Position numbers and translations under genes: made by a program. Positions 43,061 to 55,729 of a stretch of DNA of 64,000 nucleotides are shown in pieces. The DNA is from the human T2T-CHM13v2.0 reference genome, Homo sapiens: the NCBI RefSeq assembly GCF_009914755.1, contig NC_060941.1; one strand, given 5' to 3'. The notes beneath the pieces were generated by a model that did no database searches, had not been told where the DNA came from, and worked only from the letters and a program-made list of their open reading frames with translations. Positions within the stretch are counted from its first letter, which is position 1. Each line of letters begins with the position of its first letter.

Positions 43061-43624
43061 GTGAGCCGCAGGCACTGTGTGAGCCTAGTCAGGTCACAGA
43101 TCTCTCAGCCTCATGTCCTCATCCCACCCTGACTCCTTCATTCCTCTCTGCTCTGGCCTGAGTCAGGCAGTGGGGGGTTGGGACACCCGACCTACTATTC
43201 ACAACCTGGGGTGATTGAGGCCAGATGGGCCGCTGTGGGTGTTCAGAAGAGAGGCTACACCAGTCTGGAAAGCCACAGAAGGTTTCCTGGAGTAGGTAAC
43301 CTTGGAATTGGGCCTCAAATCCTGATTGCAAAACACAAGGGTGGAATGGCAGTGAGATCAATAGAGTGCAAAGGCAGTTGGCCTGGAGGGGAGGCAGTTA
43401 GGAGCTCACCCAGCTACACCTATCTTCAAGGGACCACTCAGGCCTCCAGTGCCTAGCTAAGGCACTCGCCTTCTGACCCAGGGAGATGGGCAGCCATGGG
43501 AAGCTGTGAGTTGTTCCTCTCTGGTGCTCAGTTGGGAGCAGTCGGGGATAGTGAGGTTGCCACCAGGCCAGGAACAGGGTGTCCAGGCCTCCTGCCCACC
43601 CACTGATCCCTAAATTGCCCCCAG

Positions 43625-43750
43625 GCTACAGACCACACCTTCCTACAGAAGTGCCACTACCATCATGGCGCCAACCCGCTCTATTCCAAACCCAAGATGC
43701 CGCTGCCTGAGTTCACCATCAAGCACTATGCAGGCAAGGTCACCTACCAG
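43625..43750 (+). CDS. MYO15A: MYO15A exon 18 (ATDHTFLQK...HYAGKVTYQ)
   Basis: HYAGKVTY motif. Confidence 0.96.
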
Positions 43751-44347
43751 GTGAGCCCTAAGACAGTCGGCCTGGACGCTGGTGCTGCAGTGCTGCTAGC
43801 TGTTGGAGACACAGAAGCACAACACTGGCCCCAGACATTCACAGCCAGGTCCAATTCTGGCTCTGCTGTGCCCCAGCTCTGTGACCTTGAGCAAATTGCT
43901 TAGCCAGTCTGAGCCTCAGTTCTCTCACTTGGAAAATGGGGTAATAATAGTGCCCAACTCATGGGGCAGGTGTGAAAAATGTAGGGTGGGTTTGATAAAG
44001 AGTAGCTCATCAATAGTGACATCACTGTGGTCACCCTCATCACTATTATCTGAGGCACATTCCTGCCCTGGAGGTGTCTCAGGCTAGGATTCCATGCCTC
44101 TGTCCCCATCCGGGCCTTACTTTTCTCATCTGTAGAATGGGCACAGGACAATGTCCTTCACTGAGGGTGAGGCCAAGACCCAGGTTGGTCATGAGAAGCC
44201 ATGGCGAATGCTCCCCTCCCCCAGGAGTAGGGAGAATGGTGGGGGCTGGAGGGGTGGGGACCATAGAAGTGAGGAGGATCCAGTCCCTCCTAGGATAGAC
44301 AGAGAGACAGAGGCCAGGATTACCCAGGCCATTGTTCCCCTTTTCAG

Positions 44348-44425
44348 GTGCACAAGTTCCTGGACAAGAACCACGACCAAGTGCGCCAGGATGTGCTGGA
44401 CCTGTTCGTACGGAGCCGGACACGG
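44348..44425 (+). CDS. MYO15A: MYO15A exon 19 (VHKFLDKNHDQVRQDVLDLFVRSRTR)
   Basis: FLDKN motif. Confidence 0.96.
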
Positions 44426-45330
44426 GTAAGCCTCGCCTCCCACCGCTCTGGCCCTGCCCCCAGGCATGTCCCCACCCCCACACCCAGCCTGCCTTCAGGC
44501 CTGGGACCGTGTTGCCACGTCCTGGCTCCGCTTAGCTTTGGCCAGACAAAGACAAGGGTGGCCTGGACACCCTGTTCCTGGCCTGTTCCCACCTAGCTTG
44601 GCTCCGCCCTAAACCTAGCGCCTCATCCTGATCCTGTCCTCTGGCTCCCCACAGCCCCAGTGGCTAGACTCTGGCCCCGCTCCCAGTTCTAACCCTGTAC
44701 CCCACCAGCTGTGGCCTTGCCCTGTACTTACCCCACTCTGGGCCCCACCCCATTCCCTGGCCCATTCTTTCCTGGCTTCTTGCCAGACCTGTTCCCCCAG
44801 TCCCACCTCCTGGTGTTCTCAGTTTCTCCCACCCCACCCATAAGGCCCCGGGGAAGAGCTTGGGGGACCAACTTTGGGTTCCTTGAAGGCTTGGGGAGGC
44901 CCTGCATCCCAGCTACACTACGGCCAGCAGATGGCCCTATGACAGAGCACAGGCCTGGTAACATCACCTCCCCTATCTGGCCCTCCGCTTCCTCCTGTCC
45001 ACTGGGCAACCTCCTCATGAGGTCATAGCCAGAGTTCACAACCATGTATCTAACAGGCCACCCTGGGGCCAGGCACACAGTCAGTAACTGTGTGTTCCTT
45101 AGACTGAAGGGGAAAAAGCCAGTTATGGGATGGATCCCTTGGAAGATGCTGAGCCCCACCTGTTTTGAGAAGCATGCAAGCCAGGATGACAGAGGCCTTG
45201 CAGAGAGAACAGGGGTCCAGTTAGTCTTCAGATCCCCCTGGTCCGGAGATTTACTCCTGCTCTCTCTTCCTCCTCATTTCGGTCTCCCGGACCCTGCCTG
45301 TCTGTTTTCCCTGCCCCGACCCCTGCCCAG

Positions 45331-45479
45331 GTGGTGGCACACCTCTTCTCCAGCCATGCCCCACAGGCTGCCCCTCAGCGCCTGGGCAAGAGCAGCTCCG
45401 TCACTCGGCTCTACAAGGCGCACACTGTGGCCGCCAAGTTCCAGCAGTCACTCCTGGATCTGGTGGAAAAGATGGAGAG
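45331..45479 (+). CDS. MYO15A: MYO15A exon 20 (loop 2; ...FQQSLLDLVEKMER)
   Basis: AG/GT junctions; continuous frame. Confidence 0.95.
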
Positions 45480-45600
45480 GTGGGGTGGGGGGCAGGTGGG
45501 CGGAGCACCCAGCCTCATCCTTAACCCACCTCATGACCCTCAGAGGTTGAGCGCCTTCTTTTTCTGAGGCCTCATGCTGTCCTCTTCCTGCCACTGCCAG

Positions 45601-45646
45601 GTGCAACCCCTTGTTCATGCGTTGCCTGAAGCCCAACCACAAGAAG
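45601..45646 (+). CDS. MYO15A: MYO15A exon 21 (CNPLFMRCLKPNHKK)
   Basis: RCLKPN motif. Confidence 0.96.
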
Positions 45647-45832
45647 GTGAGTGAGAGCTGAGGCCTCTGAGAGAGCCAAATCCTCCTGCCCATGCTGTGT
45701 GACCTTGGGCAAGTGGCTTGGCCTCTCAGGACCTGCATCTGCCCAGCCTAGCACTGGGAATATTCACCACGATAATGCCTTTTGCACATGGCTGAGCCAA
45801 TGTGCAGACTCCCTCTCTGGGCATCCCTACAG

Positions 45833-45957
45833 GAGCCAGGTCTCTTTGAGCCAGATGTGGTAATGGCACAATTACGCTATTCAGGGGTGCTGGAGACCGT
45901 GAGGATCCGCAAGGAGGGATTTCCAGTGCGCCTGCCTTTCCAGGGGTTCATCGACAG
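45833..45957 (+). CDS. MYO15A: MYO15A exon 22 (...QLRYSGVLETVRIRKEGFPVR...)
   Basis: SH1/SH2 helix motif. Confidence 0.96.
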
Positions 45958-46039
45958 GTATCTTGGTTACGGTAGTTCCTGAGCTCTACAAATCCCTGCC
46001 CAACTCCCCATGGCCCCAGGAATACACAACCCAGGCAGT

Positions 46040-46360
46040 ACAGGGCTTGCCATGCACAGTTGCTCAGGTTGTACACTTCACAAGGCTACCACATGCTAAC
46101 TGTTAATGTGGTAGATACATTTATTGTTTTGCCTTTTTTTGTAGTTATATGTTGTATAACGTATAATATGTCTAATCAACGCTCCGCGTTATTAGAATGG
46201 TTTTAGTAGTTATAATGACAAGTTTCCAGCAGGTGGCAGTCAAGTGTCCTGTTGTACTGAAATCATCTATTATAACAATTGTCTGACACCCAGAAGTAAA
46301 GAGTCTTGAGGATGGAGTGCCTTTTTTCAGATTAGAATAAACTATTTGTGGAGCCACCAC
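46040..46360. mobile_element. Probable DNA-transposon (MER/hAT-like) fossil
   Basis: AT-rich island beginning cagggcttgccatgcacagttgctcaggttgtacact; family not resolved. Confidence 0.4.
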
Positions 46361-46466
46361 TGGGACCAGGCTTTTTGGACACCTGGCTGGGGGCAGTAAC
46401 CCCATGGTCTAGCAGACACCTCGGGTAGGTCTCATAGCCCCAGACTAACTTTGGGCCCCCTACCAG

Positions 46467-46584
46467 GTACTGCTGTCTAGTGGCCCTCAAGCATGACCTG
46501 CCGGCTAATGGGGACATGTGTGTGTCAGTGCTGAGTCGCCTGTGCAAAGTCATGCCAAACATGTACCGTGTTGGGGTCAGCAAG
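46467..46584 (+). CDS. MYO15A: MYO15A exon 23, converter (YCCLVALK...YRVGVSK)
   Basis: AG/GT junctions; continuous frame. Confidence 0.95.
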
Positions 46585-46892
46585 GTGAGTCCTGCCCGAC
46601 AGTCAGCCCTTGGAGACCCCAAGTTTGGGGGGGTCCACAACTACTGAGTCAGAAATGTCCAAGCTAGAGACTGCCATCCCAGGAGCAACCCAGATGAGCT
46701 TGGGATATGGAATGCTAACTACCTGATTCACCAGCATCCTCTCTTCAACCTCTCCAAGTCCACCCCATCCCTCCAGCCCCGCTCCAGGAGGCTGCCCTGC
46801 CTATTCTGTCTCCACGGACTTCTAGAGAGGGAGGGGCCCTTAGTCCAGCCTCCTGGCTCCTATCTGCCTCAGTGCCTTCCTCCTGTCCTTAG

Positions 46893-47068
46893 CTGTTCCT
46901 TAAGGAACACCTATACCAGCTGCTGGAGAGTATGCGAGAGCATGTCCTGAATCTGGCAGCCCTCACTCTGCAGCGCTGCCTCCGTGGCTTCTTCATTAAG
47001 CGGCGATTCCGCTCTCTGCGCCACAAGATCATCCTGCTGCAAAGCCGGGCCCGTGGCTACCTTGCCAG
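46893..47068 (+). CDS. MYO15A: MYO15A exon 24, IQ motifs (LQRCLRGFFIKRRF; LQSRARGYLAR)
   Basis: Two IQ-like motifs. Confidence 0.96.
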
Positions 47069-47569
47069 GTGAGGCACAGAAAAGGCAGGATTCCTAGGAG
47101 ACCTATGGTCAGGCTCGGGAGAGGTCACGCCTGAACTTAGGTGGTGAGCTCCCTATCCCTGGAGGCATGCAAGCTGAGGGTGGAGGCCTCTGCAGGAGAA
47201 TGATCAGATTCTCTGTGTCTCTGCTTTTGAATGCCCTTCCCAGCCAACCCCAGGCCCTTGTGACTGGTGGGTGGGAATCCATTCAGCCAAGAGGGGCCTT
47301 ACCCTGCATTTCAGGGACCTGAGATTATAAGCTGTTGGGAAATAAATTATTCAGGCAGGTTTAATCCAGGCCTTGCTACTTAATATGCTGTGTGACCTTG
47401 GCAAAGTCACTGCCCCTCTCTGAGCTCCAGTTTCCCTTTGAGCCAAAGGACCCCAAAAGTGAGATGTGGGCACTGGCTCCCAGGCCAGGCTGGCAAGGGC
47501 CTCTCTACCTTTTGGTCACCCTGTCACCCTGTGGCCCCAATCCCTGACCTCCCCACTCCCCCAACCCAG

Positions 47570-47654
47570 GCAACGCTATCAGCAGATGAGGAGGAGTCTG
47601 GTGAAGTTCCGGTCCCTGGTACACGCATACGTGAGCCGCCGACGCTATCTCAAG
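47570..47654 (+). CDS. MYO15A: MYO15A exon 25 (QRYQQMRRSLVKFRSLVHAYVSRRRYLK)
   Basis: AG/GT junctions; degenerate IQ motif. Confidence 0.94.
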
Positions 47655-48379
47655 GTATAGGCCCTACCCTATCTGGGTCCAAGGGGACAGCAGAGAAGGG
47701 GAAAGGGCACTTAGCACCCAAGAGGAGACTACTGGCCTCAGGCAGTCTTGGGTTCAAATTCTGCCTCTGCCACCCACTAGCTCTTTAACCTTGGCCATTG
47801 TCTATCCTCGATTTTCCCATCTACCCCTTGGGATTGTGGAGAGGGTTAAATGAGATGTTGCATTGAAGGATTTGGCCTGGTGCTGGGTTCACAGTGGGGT
47901 CTTCGGGAATTGAGGGCCATTAGAATTTGGTGACCTGAATGTCACTGGGTATGGTTTTGCTCTTACCTTCATGTCTTGACCCACTGTCATGCAAACTAGC
48001 CACCAGAAAGACAAATGCAGTTCCCAAAGCAATGAAGCAGTAGGTAGCCTTTACTGAAGGTGGCGCTACAGAGGAGGGCTTCCCATGACACAGTGCTCAG
48101 CCACCTCCCAGAAATCCTCCTTGTGTGTCTCTTTCCCCAGCGTTTTTCTCCCTCCGCTTGCCTCTGTTTCTCTCTTGCTCTCTCCTTTTCCCTCCCCTTT
48201 TCTCTGGCCAACCTCAGCCTCCCGCCCCACCTGTGGAGTGGGGCAGTCACCTCCACACAACAGGCAAGCTGCCCCCCTTGCTTGAGTGTGGCCGCCTTGC
48301 GTAAGCTGGCCTGGCCTGCCTGGGTGCCGGTCGTCACCTCTGCCTGCCACTCCCCAACCTGACATCTTCTCTTCTGAAG

Positions 48380-48433
48380 CTGAGGGCAGAGTGGAGGCGC
48401 CAGGTGGAGGGGGCGCTGCTGTGGGAGCAGGAG
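48380..48433 (+). CDS. MYO15A: MYO15A exon 26 (LRAEWRRQVEGALLWEQE)
   Basis: tgaag|CTG...GAG|gtgggt, 54 nt, phase 0/0. Confidence 0.85.
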
Positions 48434-48528
48434 GTGGGTGTGGGTCTGGGTGGCAGCAGGGCCAAGGAGGGAGGCTGGCAGGTGGGGATGTGGCAGGCCT
48501 GTCCCTGTCCCATGCACTGTCCCTCTAG

Positions 48529-48610
48529 GAGCTGAGCAAGCGGGAGGTAGTCGCTGTGGGGCACCTGGAGGTACCGGCTGAGCTGGCTGGGCTCTTGCAA
48601 GCAGTGGCAG
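48529..48610 (+). CDS. MYO15A: MYO15A exon 27 (ELSKREVVAVGHLEVPAELAGLLQAVA)
   Basis: AG/GT junctions; continuous frame. Confidence 0.93.
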
Positions 48611-48683
48611 GTGGGTCAGCACCAGGCGGGGGGAGGGCCCAGGCAGATCAGAGCAGGCACCGCATTCCCTCCTCTTTCCACAG

Positions 48684-48814
48684 GCCTCGGGCTGGCCCAG
48701 GTGCCTCAGGTGGCCCCTGTGAGGACTCCTCGACTCCAGGCTGAGCCCCGTGTCACACTGCCCCTGGACATCAACAACTATCCTATGGCCAAGTTTGTCC
48801 AGTGCCACTTCAAG
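48684..48814 (+). CDS. MYO15A: MYO15A exon 28 (...LPLDINNYPMAKFVQCHFK)
   Basis: AG/GT junctions; continuous frame. Confidence 0.94.
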
Positions 48815-49312
48815 GTAAGGGCTAGCTGAAGTCCAAGGCTCCCTGGCTGATAGGCGCTGACCAATTAGAATGGACATTGTCCTTGCCCTGGGGCAGGCTC
48901 CTGGCTGTGCCCTGTGGTGTTGGGTATGAGCCTTTTAGTTGCTGGATCATAGGGAATCTGGGAGATCCCTGAGGTCTGGATAGCAGTGGAGAGCCCTCAG
49001 GGGCTCGGGCAGGGCTGTTTACCACCAACCAGTCTGGAAATATTTCAGAAATTGAACAACTGGTGGAGCCATAGCATGTCAGCCCAGCTCTGATTTCCTC
49101 CCCTTGAGATGAAGGTTTATCCTGTCCCTACCACCGACTTGCTGAGGGCCACTGTGGTGGCCCCTCACCAGCCCTCAGTTTCCCCATCCATACACTGAGG
49201 ACCAAAGCCCCTGCCTCATAGGCCTTGGAGCCCCATGTGGCACAGAGCAGTGGGTCCAGATGTGCCTGTCAGTCCCAGCTCTGTCTGCTCATGTGCCTGC
49301 CCTGTGTCTTAG

Positions 49313-49408
49313 GAACCTGCCTTTGGGATGCTGACAGTGCCCCTGAGGACACCCCTCACGCAGCTGCCAGCCGAGCACCATGCAGAAGCCGTGAGCATCT
49401 TCAAGCTG
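49313..49408 (+). CDS. MYO15A: MYO15A exon 29 (EPAFGMLTVPLRTPLTQL...SIFKL)
   Basis: AG/GT junctions; start of MyTH4. Confidence 0.94.
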
Positions 49409-50222
49409 GTATGGGGTCTGCCCCAGCCCACCTTCTAATTCTTAGCCCCTGGCCCTGAAACTGGGCCATGAGGCTCCCAGTCTTCCCAGCCCTCCCCAAG
49501 CCCAACCCATGAGCCCCACACCTCTTCCCCAAAGGACAGACTTTTATGTCAGAGGGGGAAATCTGGCTTCCTCTCTGAGGACTGGTGGCTTTTCTTCTCC
49601 CAGCCATCTTCCTGGCAAAAAAAAAAAAAAAAAAATTCTGCCTTGGAGCCTCTCAAGGACACCAAGAAGAGACCCAGATCTCCTTAAGGACTTCTCAGTC
49701 TGAAGGGGGAGGCAGAGTTGACCCAGCCAGTGACCACCAGTATGGACAGAGGGAAGCACCAAGTCTGGGGAGTCTGATGGGGCCACTAATTCAGCCCTGG
49801 GCAGGGCCAGAGAGGGCTTCCTGGAGGAGAAGGCATTTGAGCTGGAGGGGAATTTGCCAGGCAGGGAGAGTGGAGAAAGTACACAGAGAAGAGGAAATTG
49901 GTGTGGTCAGAACAGAGTCAAGAGGGCAAGGGTGAGACTGGCCAGTGAGGCCTTGATTACAGTACCCAGAGCTTAGATTTCATCCCAAGGCACCTAGGGA
50001 GCCAAGGCAGGTGCTTCCATGGGAGGGTTGTGGTCATATCTGAATGTTAAAAAGAACCCTCTGCGGCCTAGATAGAGCAGGAGGTGGGGGCTGGCTGGAG
50101 GGCCAGGGGCGCAGGGAGGGGGCTAGGGCTGCATGGGGAGCTCTAGAAGGTTCATGAACAGGAAAGATGACACATACTTTGGATCTTTAGTTTTCCCATA
50201 GTTGAGGTAAACTGCCTGGTCA

Positions 50223-50537
<315 letters not shown>

Positions 50538-50687
50538 CTATATATATAGCAGTTATATTGTAATATAAGGGACATTTATATGGGCAGGGGCACACATGGG
50601 AGGGACATGAGAGGGATGCATGTTGTGGGGTGGGGACTGGAAGGAACAACTTTCTGAGATGCCCAGGAGACTCTGTTCGTGGCCCAG

Positions 50688-50923
50688 ATCCTGCGCTTCA
50701 TGGGCGACCCCCACCTGCATGGTGCCCGGGAGAACATCTTCGGGAACTACATCGTGCAGAAGGGGCTGGCGGTGCCTGAGCTGCGGGATGAGATCCTGGC
50801 ACAGCTGGCCAATCAGGTGTGGCACAATCACAATGCCCACAATGCTGAGCGGGGCTGGCTGCTGCTGGCCGCCTGCCTCAGTGGCTTTGCACCTTCCCCG
50901 TGCTTCAACAAGTACCTTCTCAA
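50688..50923 (+). CDS. MYO15A: MYO15A exon 30, MyTH4-1 (ILRFMGD...LRDEILAQLANQ...RGWLLL)
   Basis: MyTH4 signature LRDE..Q...Q / RGW. Confidence 0.96.
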
Positions 50924-51412
50924 GTGAGTGGGACTGGATAGGGGCTGGGACACGAGGGACGGTGGCACCAGCAGTGGAGCCCAAGGCAGGGTCTTAAAGG
51001 TCAGGCCAGGAGTCAGATCTCTATGCTGGGAAGCTCAGGCATGGAGGCTGGCCAGGGCTGCTCTGCATTTCTACTGGGCTCAGAGCAAGAAAGGAGGGCA
51101 GGCCTTCACTGCAGGGGCTAGGAGTTAGGTCAGACTGGATGAGGGACTTCCAGAACTCAGAGTGGGACAAGACCAGCATGTGGAGAATTTGGAAAAGAGC
51201 ATTGACCTCTCACAGCATGAGAGTTTAATGGGGTGGTTAGGAGCATGGATACGGGACTCAGACAATCAGGGTTCAAATCCCAGCTCAGCCATATATGAGC
51301 TGTGTGACCTTGGGTAAGTTACTTAACCTCTCTGGGCTTTAGTTTCCTTACATATCAAATGGGGGTTATTCTTTTATAGTTTATAAGTGTGATGATTGAG
51401 TTTTCATGCTCA

Positions 51413-51755
<343 letters not shown>

Positions 51756-52844
51756 TGGCATAATGATAATACCTACTTCATAGGCTCTTGTGTGGATAAA
51801 ATATATAAACACACGTAAAGTGCTTAGAACAGAGAGGGGCACATGGTAGGTGCTATGTGGGTATAACCATCACAATGATGTCACCCTGCTGGGTGAGAAG
51901 GATGATTTGCAAGGAAATCGCTCAGGCAGGCCCTGGGTGTGAATCTCAGCTCTGATACTTACCTGCTGTGTGGCCTGAGACAAGTCACTGTCCCTCTCTG
52001 AACCTGTTTCTTCCCTATAATTTGGGGATGGCAACAGAACCCACCTAACAGGGTGGCTGTGAGTTAGAGTATACAGAATCTTGCTTAGGCCAGCATGCAG
52101 CAAATGGACATCACCTGGCCAGTCTTGTGACTCTGTGGCAGCTGACAGCAGGGTAAGGCCGTTGCTGGTCTGCCTGCCTGGGGCTTTCCTGAGGGCATGG
52201 TGCTAGGTTCCCTCTCTAGCTACTGTGGGCCTGCACCAGTGCTGCTCTTGGCCAGGCTTAGCTGCAGGAGATGTAGGATGTGGGGGTGAGGGAAGCATGA
52301 GGAATGGCTGGTAGGGATTGGGCTCATTGGGCCTGGGTTGAGTTGAACCCTCAGCTGTCCCTTTTATAGGTGAAAACTTGGAGGAGAGGTTCAGAGAGGG
52401 CAGATAATCATCCAAGGTTGCCCTGTGAGAGAATGGAGACAGAGTTCTGGTTGTTGCCCACACCCAGCTGCAGACCCCAGCCTGTCAATGACATTTTGTT
52501 CCAACAAGCTGGTACCTCTTTGGCCTATCCTTGGACCTCTGGGCTGGCCTGAGATACTTCTGGACTAGCCTGGGACCCTTTCAGTTTAGCCGTGGGACTC
52601 TAAACTACCCTGAGATCTTTTGTAGGCTAGCCTGGGACCCCTTAAGTGCAGTCCCAGAGCACTGGACTCTAGCCTGGGACCCTTGTGAACCAGCCTGGAG
52701 CCTTTTTAGCCTCACCTTGGAGCTCTGGAGTAGCCTGGGCCTTTCTCAGACTAGCCTCAGAATTTCCTACCCCCACCCCGCAGCCCTCAGCCCCAAGCTA
52801 GCTTCAGATCCTTCTTGATCCTGGCTCCAACTCCTACCCATCAG

Positions 52845-53026
52845 GTTTGTGTCTGATTATGGGCGGAATGGCTTCCAGGCTGTGTGTCAGCACCGCCTCA
52901 TGCAGGCCATGGGCCGGGCCCAACAGCAGGGCTCGGGGGCTGCCCGCACCTTACCCCCGACCCAGCTCGAGTGGACAGCGACCTATGAGAAGGCCAGCAT
53001 GGCGCTGGACGTGGGCTGCTTCAATG
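52845..53026 (+). CDS. MYO15A: MYO15A exon 31 (FVSDYGRNG...RTLPPTQLEW...)
   Basis: MyTH4 C-terminal R..PP...E motif. Confidence 0.95.
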
Positions 53027-53311
53027 GTAAGCTGCCTTCCCCCACCTCAGTGAGGGCAGTGGGAGTCAGCAGGGCCCAGTGAGCCCCGGGGATGGCAGAA
53101 GCCACTGGATGTTCTGGAGCTGGGGAGGGGCCTTCTCAGATGTGGCTCTGCGTGAAAGTCTGTGTGTGGGGGTGGGACCTGGCCCAGGAAAGGGGAGCCA
53201 GGGAAGTGAGGCTACAGATACAGGAAGCCTGAAAGGAAGAAGCAAGCAGGGAGGCACAGCCAAACTGGACTCAGATGCTCCAACCTGAGCCCGGCACCTG
53301 CTGCGCCCCAG

Positions 53312-53384
53312 GTGACCAGTTCTCCTGCCCGGTGCACTCCTGGAGTACGGGGGAAGAGGTGGCTGGAGACATTCTGAGGCACAG
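53312..53384 (+). CDS. MYO15A: MYO15A exon 32 (DQFSCPVHSWSTGEEVAGDILRHR)
   Basis: AG/GT junctions; continuous frame. Confidence 0.93.
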
Positions 53385-53576
53385 GTTGGCTCCTAGGATG
53401 CCCTCCCAGCACACTCTTATGTACCTGGAATGTTGTGGGGGGAGGTCAGATCCCCCAGAGGGTCCCATAGGGTCCACTCTGTTCATGTTTAGGGTCTGGC
53501 TTATAACCCAGGATCTCCCCAGGTAGTGCCTGATGACTCTGTCCCTCATTTCCATTCCTGTGCATGCCATCACCAG

Positions 53577-53768
53577 GGGGCTGGCAGATGGCTGGCGCGG
53601 CTGGACCGTGGCCATGAAGAATGGTGTCCAGTGGGCAGAGCTGGCTGGCCACGACTACGTGTTAGACCTGGTGTCGGACCTGGAGCTGCTCAGGGACTTC
53701 CCTCGACAGAAGTCCTACTTCATTGTGGGCACAGAGGGGCCTGCAGCCAGCAGGGGAGGCCCCAAAGT
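53577..53768 (+). CDS. MYO15A: MYO15A exon 33 (GLADGWRGWTV...GGPKV)
   Basis: AG/GT junctions; continuous frame. Confidence 0.93.
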
Positions 53769-53799
53769 GTAGGTAGCTATGGGGGACCCCCTCACAGAT

Positions 53800-53843
53800 G
53801 GCCACTCCCAGGCAGAAGGCCGGCCACTCCCAGGCAGAAGGCC
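53800..53843. repeat. 22-nt perfect tandem duplication GGCCACTCCCAGGCAGAAGGCC x2
   Basis: Read directly from the sequence. Confidence 0.93.
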
Positions 53844-54031
53844 TGCCCCTCCCAGCTGCTGGGACAGGCTGAGCCCTGAACTTAGACTTCAGGTTCTTAA
53901 GGAGGTAGAGTTCACCAAAGGATCCTGCTTTTAAATGGAGAAAGCCACTGAATACCAGGGTGCAGAAGAAAATTTGGGGGATTCTGGGATCTCTCTGGGG
54001 GTCAGTAGCTCCATGTTCCTTTTCTCCACAG

Positions 54032-54192
54032 GGTGTTTGGGAACAGCTGGGACTCGGATGAGGACATGTCCACTAGACCCCAGCCCCAGGAGCACATGCC
54101 CAAAGTACTTGACTCTGATGGGTACAGCAGCCACAATCAGGACGGTACAAATGGGGAGACTGAGGCCCAAAGAGGGACAGCAACCCACCAAG
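54032..54192 (+). CDS. MYO15A: MYO15A exon 34 (VFGNSWDSDEDM...ATHQ)
   Basis: cacag|GGT...CAAG|gtcaac (weak donor). Confidence 0.9.
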
Positions 54193-54301
54193 GTCAACCA
54201 ACAATGGCTGCTGTCTCTGGTGGGGAGGGAGCCTTAGAGGCTGTGTGGGGTGGAAATCATCAAGAAAAAAGAACTTGACATTTTTGTGCCTTCCCCTCCA
54301 G

Positions 54302-54396
54302 AGTCAGACAGTCTTGGAGAGCCTGCTGTGCCCCACAAGGGGCTGGACTGCTACCTGGATAGCCTCTTCGACCCTGTGCTGTCCTACGGGGATGCG
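54302..54396 (+). CDS. MYO15A: MYO15A exon 35 (SDSLGEP...LDSLFDPVLSYGDA)
   Basis: AG/GT junctions; continuous frame. Confidence 0.92.
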
Positions 54397-54619
54397 GTAG
54401 GGATGGTGTGGGGTGGGTCATTTGCAGACAGCAGGCACAGCATGTACACCCAAGTCACACACTTGTACAGGGTGACCTGAGAGCTTCTCACAGCCAGGGT
54501 CATGGGGTGGTGTGTCCCATCTGGATGTCTGCTGGAGGCTGGACAAAGGATGAGGGTCTCTTCACAGCTAGAGATGCTCTTGGCTGATCCTGGAAGGACC
54601 CACAGTTAGAAGTGCACCT

Positions 54620-54790
54620 CTAGCAAGGTGTGGTGGCATGCCTCTGTAGTCCCAACTACTTAGGAGGCTGAGATGGGAGGATCACTTGAGCCCAGGAGTC
54701 TGAGGCTGCAGTGAGCTGTGATTGCACCACTGTGCTCCAGCCTGGGCAACAACAAGACCCTGTCTCAAAAAAAAAAAAAAAAAAAAAGAA
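54620..54790 (+). mobile_element. Alu right-arm monomer
   Basis: Single arm plus A tail. Confidence 0.88.
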
Positions 54791-55244
54791 AGGGAAGAAG
54801 TGCACCTTTGGTGGCAGCCAGCCCCCCGGGGCCACTAAAATATCTCTATCTGGATGGAGTTGAATGACCTTGGTCCCCGGGTCTTCTAGCCCCAGATCTC
54901 ACGAGACCCCTCAGGTACCCTTACTCACTCTGGAAACTCCAGAACCCACCCCACCCCCACTGCCCCTGGCATGATATGCAGCCCTGAGCAGGGCACAACC
55001 CCTCCTTGAGCCTCAGTTTACTCCTCTGGGGAAGAGGGGATGGGTTGGGAGCTCATATGGTTATGGATACGACTGATTGGGATGCCATAGGGGTAAAGGC
55101 TGAGCATACAGCAGACACTGAGCCAGTGGGAGGCTGCCCCCTCCCACGAGAGGGTGGGGAAGAGGCCAGTGTCAGGTGCCTGTTGCCATGGAACCTTGGG
55201 AGTACAATAATGAGATGGTCACTTGAGCCACCCACTGCCCCCAG

Positions 55245-55359
55245 GACCTGGAGAAGCCAACAGCCATTGCCTACCGCATGAAAGGGGGAGGCCAGCCCGG
55301 TGGAGGCAGCAGTAGTGGTACTGAAGACACCCCCAGGAGACCCCCAGAGCCAAAGCCAA
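55245..55359 (+). CDS. MYO15A: MYO15A exon 36 (DLEKPTAIAYRMKGGGQPGGG...)
   Basis: AG/GT junctions; continuous frame. Confidence 0.9.
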
Positions 55360-55513
55360 GTCAGTGCCTCCCCAGGGTGGTTCCAGGGTTGGGCAGGGCC
55401 AGAGCCACTTGCTGGTGTGCTAGAATGGAGGCAGCCACAGCATGATGGGGGCTGAGAGGACAGGGAGGAGGGCATCTCCGGTGCCATCTGTGCCTTCTGC
55501 CCCCTCCCCTCAG

Positions 55514-55581
55514 TCCCAGGCCTGGATGCCTCCACATTGGCTCTGCAGCAAGCCTTCATCCACAAACAGGCCGTGCTGCTG
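55514..55581 (+). CDS. MYO15A: MYO15A exon 37 (PGLDASTLALQQAFIHKQAVLL)
   Basis: AG/GT junctions; continuous frame. Confidence 0.92.
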
Positions 55582-55651
55582 GTGAGTGAGGGAGGGACTG
55601 CTGGGGGGTGGAGAATGGACCTGCCTGGTCACCACTGCCACCTCTCCCCAG

Positions 55652-55729
55652 GCCCGGGAGATGACCCTGCAGGCCACGGCACTCCAGCAGCAGCCCCTGA
55701 GTGCTGCCCTGAGATCCTTGCCCGCAGAG
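55652..55729 (+). CDS. MYO15A: MYO15A exon 38 (AREMTLQATALQQQPLSAALRSLPAE)
   Basis: AG/GT junctions; continuous frame. Confidence 0.92.
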
